From assembly GCA_964404855.1 (NCBI GenBank), contig CAYOLO010000002.1, positions 131,494 through 195,493 of the forward strand: a stretch of 64,000 nucleotides of DNA, given 5' to 3'. Position numbers and translations under genes: made by a program. Source of the stretch: an uncultured Gammaproteobacteria bacterium (GTDB lineage Bacteria > Patescibacteriota > Microgenomatia > CAYQLK01). Under the pieces are notes generated by a model. It saw only the letters and a program-made list of their open reading frames with translations. It was not told where the DNA came from and searched no databases. Shown piece after piece: positions 9,171-19,640 of this stretch. Every line of letters begins with the position of its first letter. The stretch's first letter is position 1.

Positions 9171-11143
9171 TATTTACAATAATTCAGACATTATATATTT
9201 GGGTAATTTTTTTAATTTTATCTTTTGTTTTTTACCCAATTGCTAAATTATATTTTTTAAAGTCTTTTGACAAAGGCTGGGTAGCAGCAAAAGTAATTTC
9301 GCTACTTGTAATTTCATACACAGCATACTTAATAGGGATACTTAAAATTTTTAAATTTAGTACTTTGGAGTTGTGGTTAATCTTGGGATTCTTTTTTGTT
9401 TTTATTAGGTTTATTTTTTGGAAAAGAAACAGAACGAGAGACAATGCAATTATTATTGATACTAGGTTTGTTGTTGTTGAATTAATTTTTCTTCTTCTAC
9501 TTATTTTAATGTCGCTAATTAGAGGATTTCAGCCTGATATTTATGGGCTTGAAAAATTTATGGATTACGGATTTATTCGATCAATAACTGAGGGAGCATA
9601 TTTCCCCCCAAAGGATATTTGGTGGGCAGGGGAGCCAATTAACTATTATTATTATGGACATTTATGGATCGCTGTTTTAATCAAAATTTCAGGAATTGAC
9701 CCCGCTGTTGGATACAATATCGGCCTAAGTACTATCTTTGCCTTAAGTACTACTTTAATAATTATTACAGTCAGGACTTGGACAAAAAATATTTGGTTTG
9801 GCTTTTTGGGAGCGTTCATACACTCAGGGATTGGTAATTTACAATTTATTACAACCGTTTTCAAAAAGGGTTGGGATCAATACTGGTACCCTGATGCGTC
9901 AAGATTAATACCTGGAGTTATAACTGAGTTTCCTGTTTATAGTTATGTTGTTTATGATCTCCATGCTCATGTTATTAACATTCCCGTAGCAATCTTAATC
10001 TTGGGATTAATTGGTCAGATATTTTTGAATAAAACTTTTCGATATATAGACTCGGTTTTATTAGGGTTTATTTTAGGAATTTGTTTTATGTCTAACGCTT
10101 GGGACCTTCCAATTTATTTAACTGTTGCTTTTATTGCCGTAGCGTTTTTTACGTTGAAAAATGTTTTTACAAAAAAAGATTTATTTCACTTAATAAAAAA
10201 AATTGCTTTAACGTTTGCAACAATATCAATTACTGTTTTACCTTTTTTAATATTTTTCAAAAAGGTTGATGCTCCGATTTTATTTACTGATTATCACAGT
10301 CCAATATATATGATGTTTCAATTGTGGGGTTTCTGGTTAATTGTTGCGTTTAGTTTTTTTACTTTTTTATTAATTTTTAGAAGGAAAATTAAATATTTTG
10401 ATTGGTTTATAGTTGCTTTATTTATTTCCGCATTATTATTTTTAATAATTCCAGAATTTGTTTATGTTAAAGATATTTACGGTCAAGATTATCAAAGAGC
10501 AAATACGGTTTTCAAGCTAACTTATCAAAGTTGGAATATTTTTGCATTGGCATCTGCTTATGCTATTTGGCGTATTTTAACTAAAAATAATTTGGGCAAA
10601 TTTAGATTTGCTAAGTACGCTTGGATAATAGTTATCTTTGCTTTAATTGGAAGTTGTTTTGCATATACTATTAAAGCTTATATGACAGGTTATGGAGATT
10701 TTAAAAACTTTTATGGATTAAACGGAGAAAAATTTGTAAAACGAATCTATAGCGATGATGAAATGTTGGGAATAAATTGGATTAAAGATAATACAGATTC
10801 TGAAAATGTAGTTTTAGAAGCAAGTGGTGATAGTTATACAGACTACCAAAGAATATCCATAAATACCGGTCGTCCAACAGTGGTAGGTTGGGCTGTGCAT
10901 GAGTGGTTATGGAGAGGTGGATTTGATCCAGTTGGAGCAAGACAGGCTGACGTACAGACAATTTACACAACTAATGATGATCAAATTTTTAAAGAATTAG
11001 CAAATAAATATAAAATTTCATTTATATATTTAGGCAACTTAGAAAAGCAAAAATATTTAAATATTCCGGGACTTGGATTAATAAATAATACAACCGAGGT
11101 ATATTCGAATCCGAATGTGACTATTTATAAAGTTAAGAATTAG
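9167..11143 (+). CDS. large polytopic membrane protein with C-terminal soluble domain (DUF2298/oligosaccharyl-transferase-like, tentative)
   Basis: About 14 TM helices, a WWAGEP...YYYYGH loop, and a ~170-aa C-terminal extracytoplasmic domain. Overlaps the upstream gene by 4 bp. Confidence 0.55.
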   Translation: MIFTIIQTLYIWVIFLILSFVFYPIAKLYFLKSFDKGWVAAKVISLLVISYTAYLIGILKIFKFSTLELWLILGFFFVFIRFIFWKRNRTRDNAIIIDTRFVVVELIFLLLLILMSLIRGFQPDIYGLEKFMDYGFIRSITEGAYFPPKDIWWAGEPINYYYYGHLWIAVLIKISGIDPAVGYNIGLSTIFALSTTLIIITVRTWTKNIWFGFLGAFIHSGIGNLQFITTVFKKGWDQYWYPDASRLIPGVITEFPVYSYVVYDLHAHVINIPVAILILGLIGQIFLNKTFRYIDSVLLGFILGICFMSNAWDLPIYLTVAFIAVAFFTLKNVFTKKDLFHLIKKIALTFATISITVLPFLIFFKKVDAPILFTDYHSPIYMMFQLWGFWLIVAFSFFTFLLIFRRKIKYFDWFIVALFISALLFLIIPEFVYVKDIYGQDYQRANTVFKLTYQSWNIFALASAYAIWRILTKNNLGKFRFAKYAWIIVIFALIGSCFAYTIKAYMTGYGDFKNFYGLNGEKFVKRIYSDDEMLGINWIKDNTDSENVVLEASGDSYTDYQRISINTGRPTVVGWAVHEWLWRGGFDPVGARQADVQTIYTTNDDQIFKELANKYKISFIYLGNLEKQKYLNIPGLGLINNTTEVYSNPNVTIYKVKN

Positions 11144-12419
11144 TAATTAGATCAGAAATTTTTTTCGCTTCTCTTATTGCATAGTTTGTTCCTCTATCAA
11201 ATGGATAGATTTGTGACATAGTACAAAGATAAAGATTTTTTACAGGCGTTTTTTGTGTAGGTATAGATTTGTAATAGTTATTTTCGACAATTGGTTGAGC
11301 GTAAAGCGCGTTAAATTTTGAATAACTTTCAATCCATTTTTCCGAAAATTTTGGATTTATTTTTTTTAGATATGGAATAAATAATTTTAAATTATTTTCT
11401 ATAGAGTTAGTAAATAACTGATTAGTGTGATTTAAATAATTCCCAATATAAAGCACTGATTTGTTTTTGTATGGCTTACGAGGTACAAAGTTTGTATGTT
11501 CAATTAAAACTAAAAATGGAAAATCTTTTTCCATAATATTCAACCAGTAGTAATCCATAAAAGATTTTTTAAGTACCAAATTGAGGGTAGTTGCTGAAAT
11601 CATTTCTTTTAATTTTAAGTTTTTGGCATACTTTGTGTTTTTAATCTCAGGGGTTATTTTTTCAAATACAGAAGGCGGTGTGGTTGCAACGACATAATCA
11701 TATAATTTTGACTTTTGACCAAAGGTGATTTTGATTTTTTTATTTTTAGTTGATTTGATGTTGACTACTGGAGAGTCAAGATAAATGTTTCCGTTATTTT
11801 CTTTAATTTTTGCAACTAGTGATTTAAAAAATATTTCGTACCCACCAGTAAAATATCCCAGCTTGGCTGTTCGTGAGTGAATTCTTGCCCAAAACCAGGA
11901 CATTGATATTTTTTCAGAATAACTACCAAATTTTGCAACAAGTAATGGTTCCCAAACCTTGGTGTAACTTTGTAACCCAAAATATTTGATAATCCAATTT
12001 TTAGCTGTAATATTTTCGAATTTTTTGTAGTTTTTCGTTTTTTTTAAATATGCAGCAACTAATCCGGTTCGGATTCTTGAATAAATACTAATTGGTTTGA
12101 ATTTTAATAAATCAATTGGCGAGGAAAAAGGGAAAATTTTTCCATCAATAAACACACCATCTTTAGATTTTTTAAAATGAAGAGACTTTGATAGCCCTAA
12201 TTCCTGAACTAAACCTCTAAAATATTTATCACTATAAAACATATGGTGAACAAATTTTTCAGTTGGCTTACCTTCAACAGAATAAGATCCCCCTAATCCA
12301 CCGATATCACTACTACTTTCAAAAACATCAACCTTTAATCCTTTTTGTGATAGGTAGTAAGCCGCAGACAGACCACAAGCTCCCGCCCCAATAACTGCGA
12401 CTGATTTAGTTTTTAGCAT
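11133..12419 (-). CDS. FAD-dependent oxidoreductase (amine oxidase / protoporphyrinogen-oxidase-like fold)
   Basis: N-terminal dinucleotide-binding VAVIGAGACGLSAAYYL...DVFESSSDIGG. Confidence 0.7.
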   Translation of the reverse strand: MLKTKSVAVIGAGACGLSAAYYLSQKGLKVDVFESSSDIGGLGGSYSVEGKPTEKFVHHMFYSDKYFRGLVQELGLSKSLHFKKSKDGVFIDGKIFPFSSPIDLLKFKPISIYSRIRTGLVAAYLKKTKNYKKFENITAKNWIIKYFGLQSYTKVWEPLLVAKFGSYSEKISMSWFWARIHSRTAKLGYFTGGYEIFFKSLVAKIKENNGNIYLDSPVVNIKSTKNKKIKITFGQKSKLYDYVVATTPPSVFEKITPEIKNTKYAKNLKLKEMISATTLNLVLKKSFMDYYWLNIMEKDFPFLVLIEHTNFVPRKPYKNKSVLYIGNYLNHTNQLFTNSIENNLKLFIPYLKKINPKFSEKWIESYSKFNALYAQPIVENNYYKSIPTQKTPVKNLYLCTMSQIYPFDRGTNYAIREAKKISDLITNS

Positions 12420-13584
12420 TGGAATTAAAGACTTTAGGATTAGTTAATTTATCAAGGACGTGGAACCTTTGATTTTTTTCATCGGAAGAAATGTCGTCAC
12501 CAAAAGCCTTGTGGGCTGCGGTAATTGACCTATCTGAATATTCAGACACATACCCAACGCTAAACCCTACATTTTTACAAAGCTTGACCGTGTTATTAAA
12601 AGCTGCTTCGCTTTCGCCAGGGAACCCAACAATAATATCAGTACCGATTTCAACATTAGGAATATTTTTTCTAATTTTTTTAACTAAATTAAGATATTCT
12701 TTACTGGTATACCAGCGATTCATTTTTTTGAGTATTTCATCGTCTCCTGACTGCACTGGTAAATGGATATACCTGTCTATTGTTTGATTATCAGCAATAA
12801 CTTTTATCAGCTCGTCAGAAAAATCCCAAGGGTTCGATGTTAAAAACGATATTTTGGTCAATTTTTTATTTTTTGCCAATTCTTCAAGAAGCTGGGGGAA
12901 AATTGTTGGAATTCTTAATCTACCAAGATGTGAAACCCAAATTGGTTTAATTTTTTTTCCGTTAGGTAATTGATACAACTTACTTTTTTTAACCAAATCG
13001 GAACCATAAGAATTAACATTTTGACCAAGTAAGGTAATGTGATTGTAACCATTGTCGGTTAAATTTTTTACTTCAGAAATTATTTCTTCAAAAGGCCTTG
13101 AAACCTCTCTTCCTCTGGTGAAGGGGACAACACAAAAAGTGCAAAAATTATTGCATCCGTTTGAAATAGGAACCCAAGCATGTTTTAAATCTTTTCTAAT
13201 TGCAGGATACGAAAACCCAACTTCCTCTAGAGGTAAAAATTCGTCGACTTCAGGTAGCCAATATATTAGTTTTTTTAATGCTTTACCTGTTGGGTCGTGT
13301 GCTGCCATTCCCACCATACAACCTGTAAGGGTAATTTTTGCGGATGATTTTTGAGATTTAATATTAGTTACTAATCCTCTGACTCTATCTTCGGCACTTT
13401 GTCTTATTGAGCAGGTATTAATAATAATTTCGTCCGCTTGTCTTAAACTATTAACCTCTTCAAAACCTCGACTTTTATAAAAACCAGAAATTCTCTCTGA
13501 GTCAGAGTAATTAGCTTGACAGCCAAATGTTTTGATAAAATATTTAGGAGTTTTCTCCGCTTTTTTTGTCTTCATTTGATCCAA
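12406..13584 (-). CDS. MiaB/RimO-family radical-SAM methylthiotransferase
   Basis: N-terminal MTTase domain FIKTFGCQANYSDSE. Radical SAM CNNFCTFC. C-terminal TRAM-like region. Confidence 0.85.
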   Translation of the reverse strand: MDQMKTKKAEKTPKYFIKTFGCQANYSDSERISGFYKSRGFEEVNSLRQADEIIINTCSIRQSAEDRVRGLVTNIKSQKSSAKITLTGCMVGMAAHDPTGKALKKLIYWLPEVDEFLPLEEVGFSYPAIRKDLKHAWVPISNGCNNFCTFCVVPFTRGREVSRPFEEIISEVKNLTDNGYNHITLLGQNVNSYGSDLVKKSKLYQLPNGKKIKPIWVSHLGRLRIPTIFPQLLEELAKNKKLTKISFLTSNPWDFSDELIKVIADNQTIDRYIHLPVQSGDDEILKKMNRWYTSKEYLNLVKKIRKNIPNVEIGTDIIVGFPGESEAAFNNTVKLCKNVGFSVGYVSEYSDRSITAAHKAFGDDISSDEKNQRFHVLDKLTNPKVFNSNAKN

Positions 13585-13978
13585 ATATCCAAATTCCTTT
13601 TGATGAGTATTTTAGCGAACTAACAGGCTTGGCACCAATCAATTCACTTTTTAAAATTTTTTTATCTCTAACCTCGGCTCTTAATAAAGCTTTTCTTAGA
13701 CCACCGGTACCGTTTTCAATTCTACGAGCAATTCGCATAACAGTGTCGGTTCCAACCCCTGCTTTGCTAGCTGCCTGTCGAACAGATTGTCCTTGAGATA
13801 ATAATCTTGCTACATACCACCTGTGAGAAATCATTCTTAGTTCTGATTCTGTTAGCAAGTCAGTAATAAATGATTTCCAATTATCTCTGGAAGACGAAAG
13901 GTCAGTGAAAATGTCAAATAAAAACTCGACTTCAGATAATGACTTTTTATTAGCTTTGGAAAATTGAGGTTTTGCCAT
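13544..13978 (-). CDS. YerC/YecD-family TrpR-like DNA-binding protein
   Basis: ISHRWYVARLLSQGQSVRQAASKAGVGTDTVMRIARRIENGTGG matches the TrpR-related YerC family. Start trimmed to MAKPQF (the ORF-track start at 14017 adds 13 aa). Confidence 0.65.
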   Translation of the reverse strand: MAKPQFSKANKKSLSEVEFLFDIFTDLSSSRDNWKSFITDLLTESELRMISHRWYVARLLSQGQSVRQAASKAGVGTDTVMRIARRIENGTGGLRKALLRAEVRDKKILKSELIGAKPVSSLKYSSKGIWIFGSNEDKKSGENS

Positions 13979-14045
13979 ATGTATGGATACAGTTATTAAA
14001 GCGCAATAATAAACCATTATTAATAATAATTCAACTGAAAGTTAA

Positions 14046-14318
14046 TTATTTAATGTGTTTCTTAAGACTTTTTCCAGCCGTAAAGCCAGGAATTTTGTGT
14101 CCGGGGATGTTAATCTGGCCGCCAGTCTGAGGATTCCTGCCTCTTCTTGTTGCTCTTTTTCTAACTTTAAAGGTCCCAAAACCAGTCAATACAACCTTAT
14201 CGCCTTTTGCGAGAGAGTCTCTGATTGCAATTAGCATCGCATCGACTGCGGTAGATGCTGCTTTCTTGGTTAAGCCTGCTTTTTTAGCTACTTTTTCAAT
14301 TATTTCGTTTTTTGTCAT
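14046..14318 (-). CDS. hup: HU family DNA-binding protein
   Basis: MTKNEIIEKVA...GFGTFKVRKRATRRGRNPQTG. Strong RBS GGAGGTGA. Confidence 0.9.
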   Translation of the reverse strand: MTKNEIIEKVAKKAGLTKKAASTAVDAMLIAIRDSLAKGDKVVLTGFGTFKVRKRATRRGRNPQTGGQINIPGHKIPGFTAGKSLKKHIK

Positions 14319-14378
14319 TGAAGCCTTTCACCTCCTTGGTGAGGTTAATTATGAGATTTATACTATTCTAACAAACTT

Positions 14379-15953
14379 TTAATTAGTTTGGTCAGATGCT
14401 CTTGTTTCTCTGATGACAGTAACTTTAATTTGTCCAGGCCTCATCGCAATTTCTGTCTCAAGCCTTCTAGCAATATCATGAGCTAGGGTATTAATTCCTT
14501 TATCATCAACTTTTTCAGGCTTCACAATAACCCTAACTTCGCGACCAGCTTGAATTGCGAATGATTTCTCTACTTCAGGATAAGAGTCCGCAACTTTTTC
14601 AATATTGGACAATCTATCAATATACTCTTCAACTGGTTCGTGTCTTGCACCGGGACGAGAGCCAGAGATTGCGTCAGCAATATAAACAATCATTGATTCC
14701 ACTGAAGAAAATGGTTCATCCTCATGGTGTTGTGCAATACAATCAATCGCGGCTTGTGGAACGCTATATTTTTTTGCAAGCTCTACCCCTTTTGTAACGT
14801 GGGTTCCGTCAGTTTTGGCGACAATTTTACCAACGTCGTGAAGCAAACAACCAAGCTTGACGATATTCACATCAGCGCCGACTTCGTTAGCTAGCGCGAT
14901 ACCAATTTTGGTTTCTTCGAGCGTGTGAACAATTAAGTTTTGTCCGTACGAGAATCGATACTTAAATCGTCCAAGCATTTTGACTAAATCAGGATGTAAA
15001 TTATAGACTCCGACAGCATGACAAAGTTTTTGACCTTCTACGGCCATAATCTTTTCCAGTTCGCTCTTTGTCTGTTCGTATATTTCTTCAATTCTTGTGG
15101 GTTGAATTCTTTGATCTTTAATTAGACGTTCCATTGTGACTCTGGCAATTTCTCTCCTTACAGGATCAAAACATGAAAGGCGAATTTGATTTGGTACATC
15201 TGTATCAAAATCAACGTCGACCCCAGTAATTGTTTCATATGTACGGATATTGCGACCTTCTTTACCAATGATTCTACCCTTAATATCTTCGGATGGTAAA
15301 TTCACAACAGAAGTAGTGTACTCAGCAACATAATCAGTCGCCCCATGTAGCATCGAGTCAGTTAGTATTTCTCTGGCTTTTTCATCAGATTTTTCTTTAA
15401 TCGTCTCTTCTGCCTCTTTTATTCTTTTTTCTATTTCGTCGGATAGCTCCATTTCCAAACTTGAGAGTAATTTTTGCTGAGCTTCATTTTTTGTCATCCC
15501 TGCAGATTTTTCTAAAGTTTTTAGAAGTGCTTCACGGTCTTGTTCAAGTTTTTTCTTTAATTCTTCTATTTCCTTTGCTCTTTTTTCTAAATCAATGTTT
15601 TTTGACTCTGTTTCAGCAAGCGCACGAGTTATTTCTGCTTGCTCTCTTAAGATTTTTTGCTGCAATTCTAGAGATTTTCTTTGTGTATCTTTAAGGTCAT
15701 TTTCTACTTGTTTTTTCATTTGAAAAACCTGATCTCTGGCTTCAAGAATAATTTCTCTAGCTTTCGACTGGGCTTCAAGTACTACAGTGTGTTGTTCGAC
15801 AGAGACAGATTGTATTTTTACCGTTTTACCATCTGCTTGGCTTTGGGTTTGCTGTGATTGTGACGACACAACAGTAGAGACGCTTCGTTTTTTGACTGGC
15901 GCTACAGGCTGAGAGTCTTCGATTGTTTTGATGAATTTTCCAAATATTGACAT
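14379..15953 (-). CDS. rny: ribonuclease Y
   Basis: Coiled-coil region, KH domain (IIGKEGRNIRTYE), HD domain (LLHDVGK). Start moved to MSIFGK, which has an AAGGAG RBS (the ORF-track start at 15995 is 14 aa longer). Confidence 0.9.
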   Translation of the reverse strand: MSIFGKFIKTIEDSQPVAPVKKRSVSTVVSSQSQQTQSQADGKTVKIQSVSVEQHTVVLEAQSKAREIILEARDQVFQMKKQVENDLKDTQRKSLELQQKILREQAEITRALAETESKNIDLEKRAKEIEELKKKLEQDREALLKTLEKSAGMTKNEAQQKLLSSLEMELSDEIEKRIKEAEETIKEKSDEKAREILTDSMLHGATDYVAEYTTSVVNLPSEDIKGRIIGKEGRNIRTYETITGVDVDFDTDVPNQIRLSCFDPVRREIARVTMERLIKDQRIQPTRIEEIYEQTKSELEKIMAVEGQKLCHAVGVYNLHPDLVKMLGRFKYRFSYGQNLIVHTLEETKIGIALANEVGADVNIVKLGCLLHDVGKIVAKTDGTHVTKGVELAKKYSVPQAAIDCIAQHHEDEPFSSVESMIVYIADAISGSRPGARHEPVEEYIDRLSNIEKVADSYPEVEKSFAIQAGREVRVIVKPEKVDDKGINTLAHDIARRLETEIAMRPGQIKVTVIRETRASDQTN

Positions 15954-16130
15954 TTTTCTCCTTTTTTTTGGAGAAATCTGAAACCAAAAGAACAAAAATA
16001 GATTATGACTGATTAAAAATAAAAATCAGGTGAGATTCTAAACTATGAGAAAAATATGTTTTCTTTCCAAGAATCATAATACTATTACTTTTGATACAAA
16101 TTTCGCGTAACTAATAAATTTGAGCTGATT

Positions 16131-16760
16131 TTAGACTTTTTTTAGCTTTAAGTCAATTGCTTTTTTAGATGTTTGATAATCGAAACCCTTGGAAATCAAA
16201 TATCTAATTAGGTTGTTTTTTACTTTAAAGTCGATTTTGTCTTGAGGTTTAAAATTTTTAATTTTTTTATCCAAACATTTTTGGGCTAAGTCAATTTCTA
16301 ACACCTCTGAATACTTTAATATTTTATTAATTATTTCTTTATCTACTCCTTTTTGGGCTAATTCCATCTGAATTAATTTTTTACCTTTGTTTATCTTTTG
16401 CCTGGCTAACATAAACCAAGACGCAAAAGCCTCATCATTTATTACCGATAGTTTTTTAAGCTTTTTAATAATTCTTGAAATCTCTTTTTCGCTTTGTTCT
16501 TTTCTTTTTAGATAATCAGTTATTTCTTTTTCTGAGTGCGGTCTCGAGGTTGAAAATCGAAACGCCAAATCAAAAATATTTTTGTCGATTTTTGATTTTT
16601 TTAGCGATGTAATTTGTGATTTAGAAATTTCATCACCTAGTTTAATTTTTTTAGTAAAAACATCTTCAATATTTACTGAAAATGCATATTTCCCATCAAG
16701 AAAAATATTAACTAAGTCTTTTCTCCTAACTTGGGCAGAAATCTTGGTAACCTTTGGCAT
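16131..16760 (-). CDS. recX: RecX regulatory protein
   Basis: Helical repeat protein immediately downstream of recA, abutting its stop codon. Confidence 0.75.
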   Translation of the reverse strand: MPKVTKISAQVRRKDLVNIFLDGKYAFSVNIEDVFTKKIKLGDEISKSQITSLKKSKIDKNIFDLAFRFSTSRPHSEKEITDYLKRKEQSEKEISRIIKKLKKLSVINDEAFASWFMLARQKINKGKKLIQMELAQKGVDKEIINKILKYSEVLEIDLAQKCLDKKIKNFKPQDKIDFKVKNNLIRYLISKGFDYQTSKKAIDLKLKKV

Positions 16761-17801
16761 CTACGACTTTAGATTAAAAGCCTCGCGAATCTTTTTTTCA
16801 ATCTCTGATGATTTTTTAGGATTTTCAAGTAAAGCTATTTTTGCCGCTTCTTTGCCTTGACCTAATATTTCACCTTCGTATTTATAAAATGATCCAGATT
16901 TTTCAATTATCCCTAGTTCGATACCAATATCAATAAGACTACCTTCTTTAGATATACCACTGTCCCCCATAATATCGAATTCTGCCTGCTTAAAAGGCGG
17001 GGCTACTTTATTCTTTACAACTTTAACGCGATGACGAGAACCTATGACTACTTCACCGTCTTTTATGTTTTCAATCTTTCTGGAGTCAAGTCTAATAGTT
17101 GAATAAAATTTAAGTGCCTTACCTCCAGTGGTTGTTTCTGGATTACCAAACATAACACCAATTTTTTCTCTGAGTTGGTTGGTAAATACAACTACGGTTT
17201 TTGACTTAGAAATAGCGCCAGTTAATTTTCTTAACGCTTGTGACATTAGTCTGGCTTGAAGTCCCATTACGGAGTCACCCATTTCACCTTCTATTTCTGC
17301 CCTTGGGACAAGAGCAGCAACTGAGTCGATGACTAATACATCGATTGCACCAGACCTAATAAGGGTTTCGGCAATCTCTAAGGCTTGTTCACCAGTGTCG
17401 GGTTGAGAAATAAGCAATTCATCAAGATTAACTCCTATTTGCGAGGCTCTTTGCGGATCAAGAGCGTGTTCTGCGTCAATAAAGGCTGCAGAGCCACCTT
17501 TTTTTTGAGCTTCAGCAATTAAATGTAAGGCAATTGTTGTTTTACCTGAAGCTTCAGGTCCATATATTTCAATGATTCTTCCGCGTGGGAAACCGCCAAC
17601 TCCAAGTGCAAGATCTAGCGCAATTGAACCAGACGGGATTACTTCAATATCAAACTTTGGTCCATTTTCCCCCATCTTCATGATTGATCCTTTACCATAT
17701 GATTTTTCGATTGAATCAATAGCGTTTTGAATTGCTTGAAGACGCGCTGAAGAATCAGAGTGAGCGATAGTTTCTACGGGGGGGTTGTTGCTTTTTTTCA
17801 T
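16761..17801 (-). CDS. recA: recombinase RecA
   Basis: GPEASGKTT Walker A and the L1/L2 loop regions, colinear with bacterial RecA. Confidence 0.95.
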   Translation of the reverse strand: MKKSNNPPVETIAHSDSSARLQAIQNAIDSIEKSYGKGSIMKMGENGPKFDIEVIPSGSIALDLALGVGGFPRGRIIEIYGPEASGKTTIALHLIAEAQKKGGSAAFIDAEHALDPQRASQIGVNLDELLISQPDTGEQALEIAETLIRSGAIDVLVIDSVAALVPRAEIEGEMGDSVMGLQARLMSQALRKLTGAISKSKTVVVFTNQLREKIGVMFGNPETTTGGKALKFYSTIRLDSRKIENIKDGEVVIGSRHRVKVVKNKVAPPFKQAEFDIMGDSGISKEGSLIDIGIELGIIEKSGSFYKYEGEILGQGKEAAKIALLENPKKSSEIEKKIREAFNLKS

Positions 17802-17955
17802 TGTTTTTTTATTTTTTATTTATACTGTGCTTATTCATACTAGCAAAGAAAACCCGAATGTCAATATTTTTTGAAAATTGATGTATTGATACGCTGGTAC
17901 AAATTAATTAAACAAAACTTATAGAAAAAGTTGTAGAATATCAAAGCTAAATTTT

Positions 17956-18029
17956 CGGGGTGTGGCGCAGCTGGCTAGCGCGCAGAGCTGGGGGCTCTGA
18001 GGTCGAAGGTTCAAGCCCTTTCACCCCGA
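17956..18029 (+). tRNA. tRNA-Pro (anticodon GGG)
   Basis: Cloverleaf: acceptor cggggtg/caccccg, D-arm GCGCAGCTGGCTAGCGC, anticodon stem cagag/ctctg with loop CTGGGGG (U33, G37), T-arm GGTTCAAGCCC. CCA is not encoded. Confidence 0.8.
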
Positions 18030-18030
18030 C

Positions 18031-18582
18031 TTAATTTGATTTTTTAGGAATTGCTGTGGGTTGAATCTGATTTTTAATAAGAAACGATTCGACGATTTTA
18101 TTGGATGGAGTTTCAACTTGCTCGTCTGATTCTTCAGAAAGTATGTAGTAGTTGTGATTGGTTACATCAGTTCCGCCTTGAAAGATATTTACATATGTAT
18201 CAGCGTTCTTAACTGCTGATCCGGCTTTAAAATATCTCGTTCCCCCTGTTTCATTTTTTTTTGCTAACCAGCCAATATATTGCTTGCCTTCACTTGGCTC
18301 TTTGAGGTTATTTATCTTGACATACAAAGTAAATGACCCGCCAAAGAACGAGGTGTGCGCTTTACCAGTAAGTCCTAAATTATTTACATCAACAATGTCG
18401 CCTGAATATTGATAACTTAGCTGATCTGGGCTGAGAATTTTTTCGTATTTTGATCCCGAATTTTGAATGCCTTGTGCTTGTGAAATTGATTTGGTCATAT
18501 TCTCGATTAGAATAAAACCAGCCATTATGACCGCCACAACAACAACTAATAGCAAAATAAGTACATTCCCTTTTTGGTCCAT
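18031..18582 (-). CDS. membrane-anchored hypothetical protein
   Basis: N-terminal TM helix (VLILLLVVVVAVIMAGFILI) followed by a soluble domain with no recognisable motif. Confidence 0.5.
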   Translation of the reverse strand: MDQKGNVLILLLVVVVAVIMAGFILIENMTKSISQAQGIQNSGSKYEKILSPDQLSYQYSGDIVDVNNLGLTGKAHTSFFGGSFTLYVKINNLKEPSEGKQYIGWLAKKNETGGTRYFKAGSAVKNADTYVNIFQGGTDVTNHNYYILSEESDEQVETPSNKIVESFLIKNQIQPTAIPKKSN

Positions 18583-18635
18583 TGTCTAATTTTTAAAAAC
18601 ATAGAAGATTAAGTCAACAGGTTGAAATTACAAAA

Positions 18636-18718
18636 AAAAAAAAAAAAGGAGGGAGTACTAAGCGTTTGGCGTTGACCAACCCTTTTAGCCAAGCTTTACA
18701 ACTTAGTACTCCCCGCAT
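18636..18718 (-). terminator. rho-independent terminator with a 12-bp perfect stem (gggagtactaag/cttagtactccc) and a 16-nt T-run
   Basis: Read on the minus strand, the inverted repeat is followed by T16 (A16 on +). Lies downstream of the 3D-domain gene. Confidence 0.5.
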
Positions 18719-18761
18719 GAACAAATTAAAACTCTAGCGATGCCGGTCGCTTATGGTCTTA

Positions 18762-19400
18762 CTATGGCACTTCTGATATTGCCATGTACCTGTTTGAGAT
18801 CCCAGACTTGTACAGCGACTCGTTCGTTTCAAAGAAGACATCGACCTGAGTGAACTCGAGGTGACCTCTATCCTCACAAACTACGATGCCATAGCCAGAA
18901 ATCTCCAGTTTTTGGCCCAGTTGCCATTTGGCACCACAAGCTGCGGCACCGACGTAGACGGCCTGACCGGAAGACATGTTTCCGCAATATCCTCCGCCGT
19001 CCCAGATTGGGAAACCACTAACCTGATGGCAGTAGTAACCAGTAACTTTGCTCTGAACCTGTACACCACCAGTTGAGGCTGCAGAAACCGCCTGAGCTGT
19101 TTCTGGAGTTGGTGTTGCGATTCTTGGTTGAACCGTTGGTGCTACCGTAGGCTCAATGGTAGGCGTGTTCGTGACCTCGACAACCAGTGTTGGTGATGAG
19201 GTAGGCAAATCAGCCTGAGTTGCGATCTCGTACACTTGAGGCGTCTGAGATGAAATCTCCGCAGCTGCTTTGGGTAGCTGTTCGGACTGAGATGGAACGC
19301 AGCTGGTCATAAAAATTATGACTAGCAGCATGACTCCGACCGGCCGCCAAAGATCTTGCAGCTGGTTTTCTGCGTGCTTTTGCGTAAACGCTTGGCGCAC
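18762..19400 (-). CDS. 3D-domain (MltA/YuiC-like) cell-wall-active protein with N-terminal TM and Thr/Pro linker
   Basis: C-terminal YYCHQVSGFPIWDGGGYCGNMSSGQAVYVGAAACGAKWQLGQKLEISGYGIVVCEDRG matches the 3D domain. GTG start with AGGAGG RBS 6 nt upstream. About 52% GC. Confidence 0.65.
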   Translation of the reverse strand: MRQAFTQKHAENQLQDLWRPVGVMLLVIIFMTSCVPSQSEQLPKAAAEISSQTPQVYEIATQADLPTSSPTLVVEVTNTPTIEPTVAPTVQPRIATPTPETAQAVSAASTGGVQVQSKVTGYYCHQVSGFPIWDGGGYCGNMSSGQAVYVGAAACGAKWQLGQKLEISGYGIVVCEDRGHLEFTQVDVFFETNESLYKSGISNRYMAISEVP

Positions 19401-19640
19401 AAAATCCTCCTGTTACTTCATTTGGTTACCCGGGGCAATTTTTGGGGAAGAAACGAAAAACCTCTGGTAAGATTTTAAAAATCCACACAGAGGAAGCGTA
19501 CTGAAACTTCCTTTGCACCCAAGTTGAGCGTAGGGTTGCGGATGCTTGCTGACTTGCGGTGGAAGAACCGCGGACTTGCTCTCACTTTTTAGGTGAGAAC
19601 AGTTTTGGCATCACTATATTTTAATTCTGAGGTATTTTAC
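19401..19640 (-). promoter_or_regulatory. ~230-nt 5' leader of the 3D-domain gene with upstream promoter (TTGTAC-17-TAAAAT on the minus strand, around 19630-19658). Candidate structured RNA or riboswitch
   Basis: Long GC-moderate untranslated leader with multiple complementary segments (ccgcgg..ccaccgc, cgcttcctctg..). Context and GUCAGC-containing segments are reminiscent of, but not demonstrably, ydaO-type leaders. Confidence 0.3.

Noticed and set aside
19401-19640. Definitive call of a ydaO (c-di-AMP) riboswitch
   Set aside because: Only partial motif resemblance (GUCAGC and CCGC blocks), in the wrong order relative to the consensus as I recall it. Kept as a candidate leader only.
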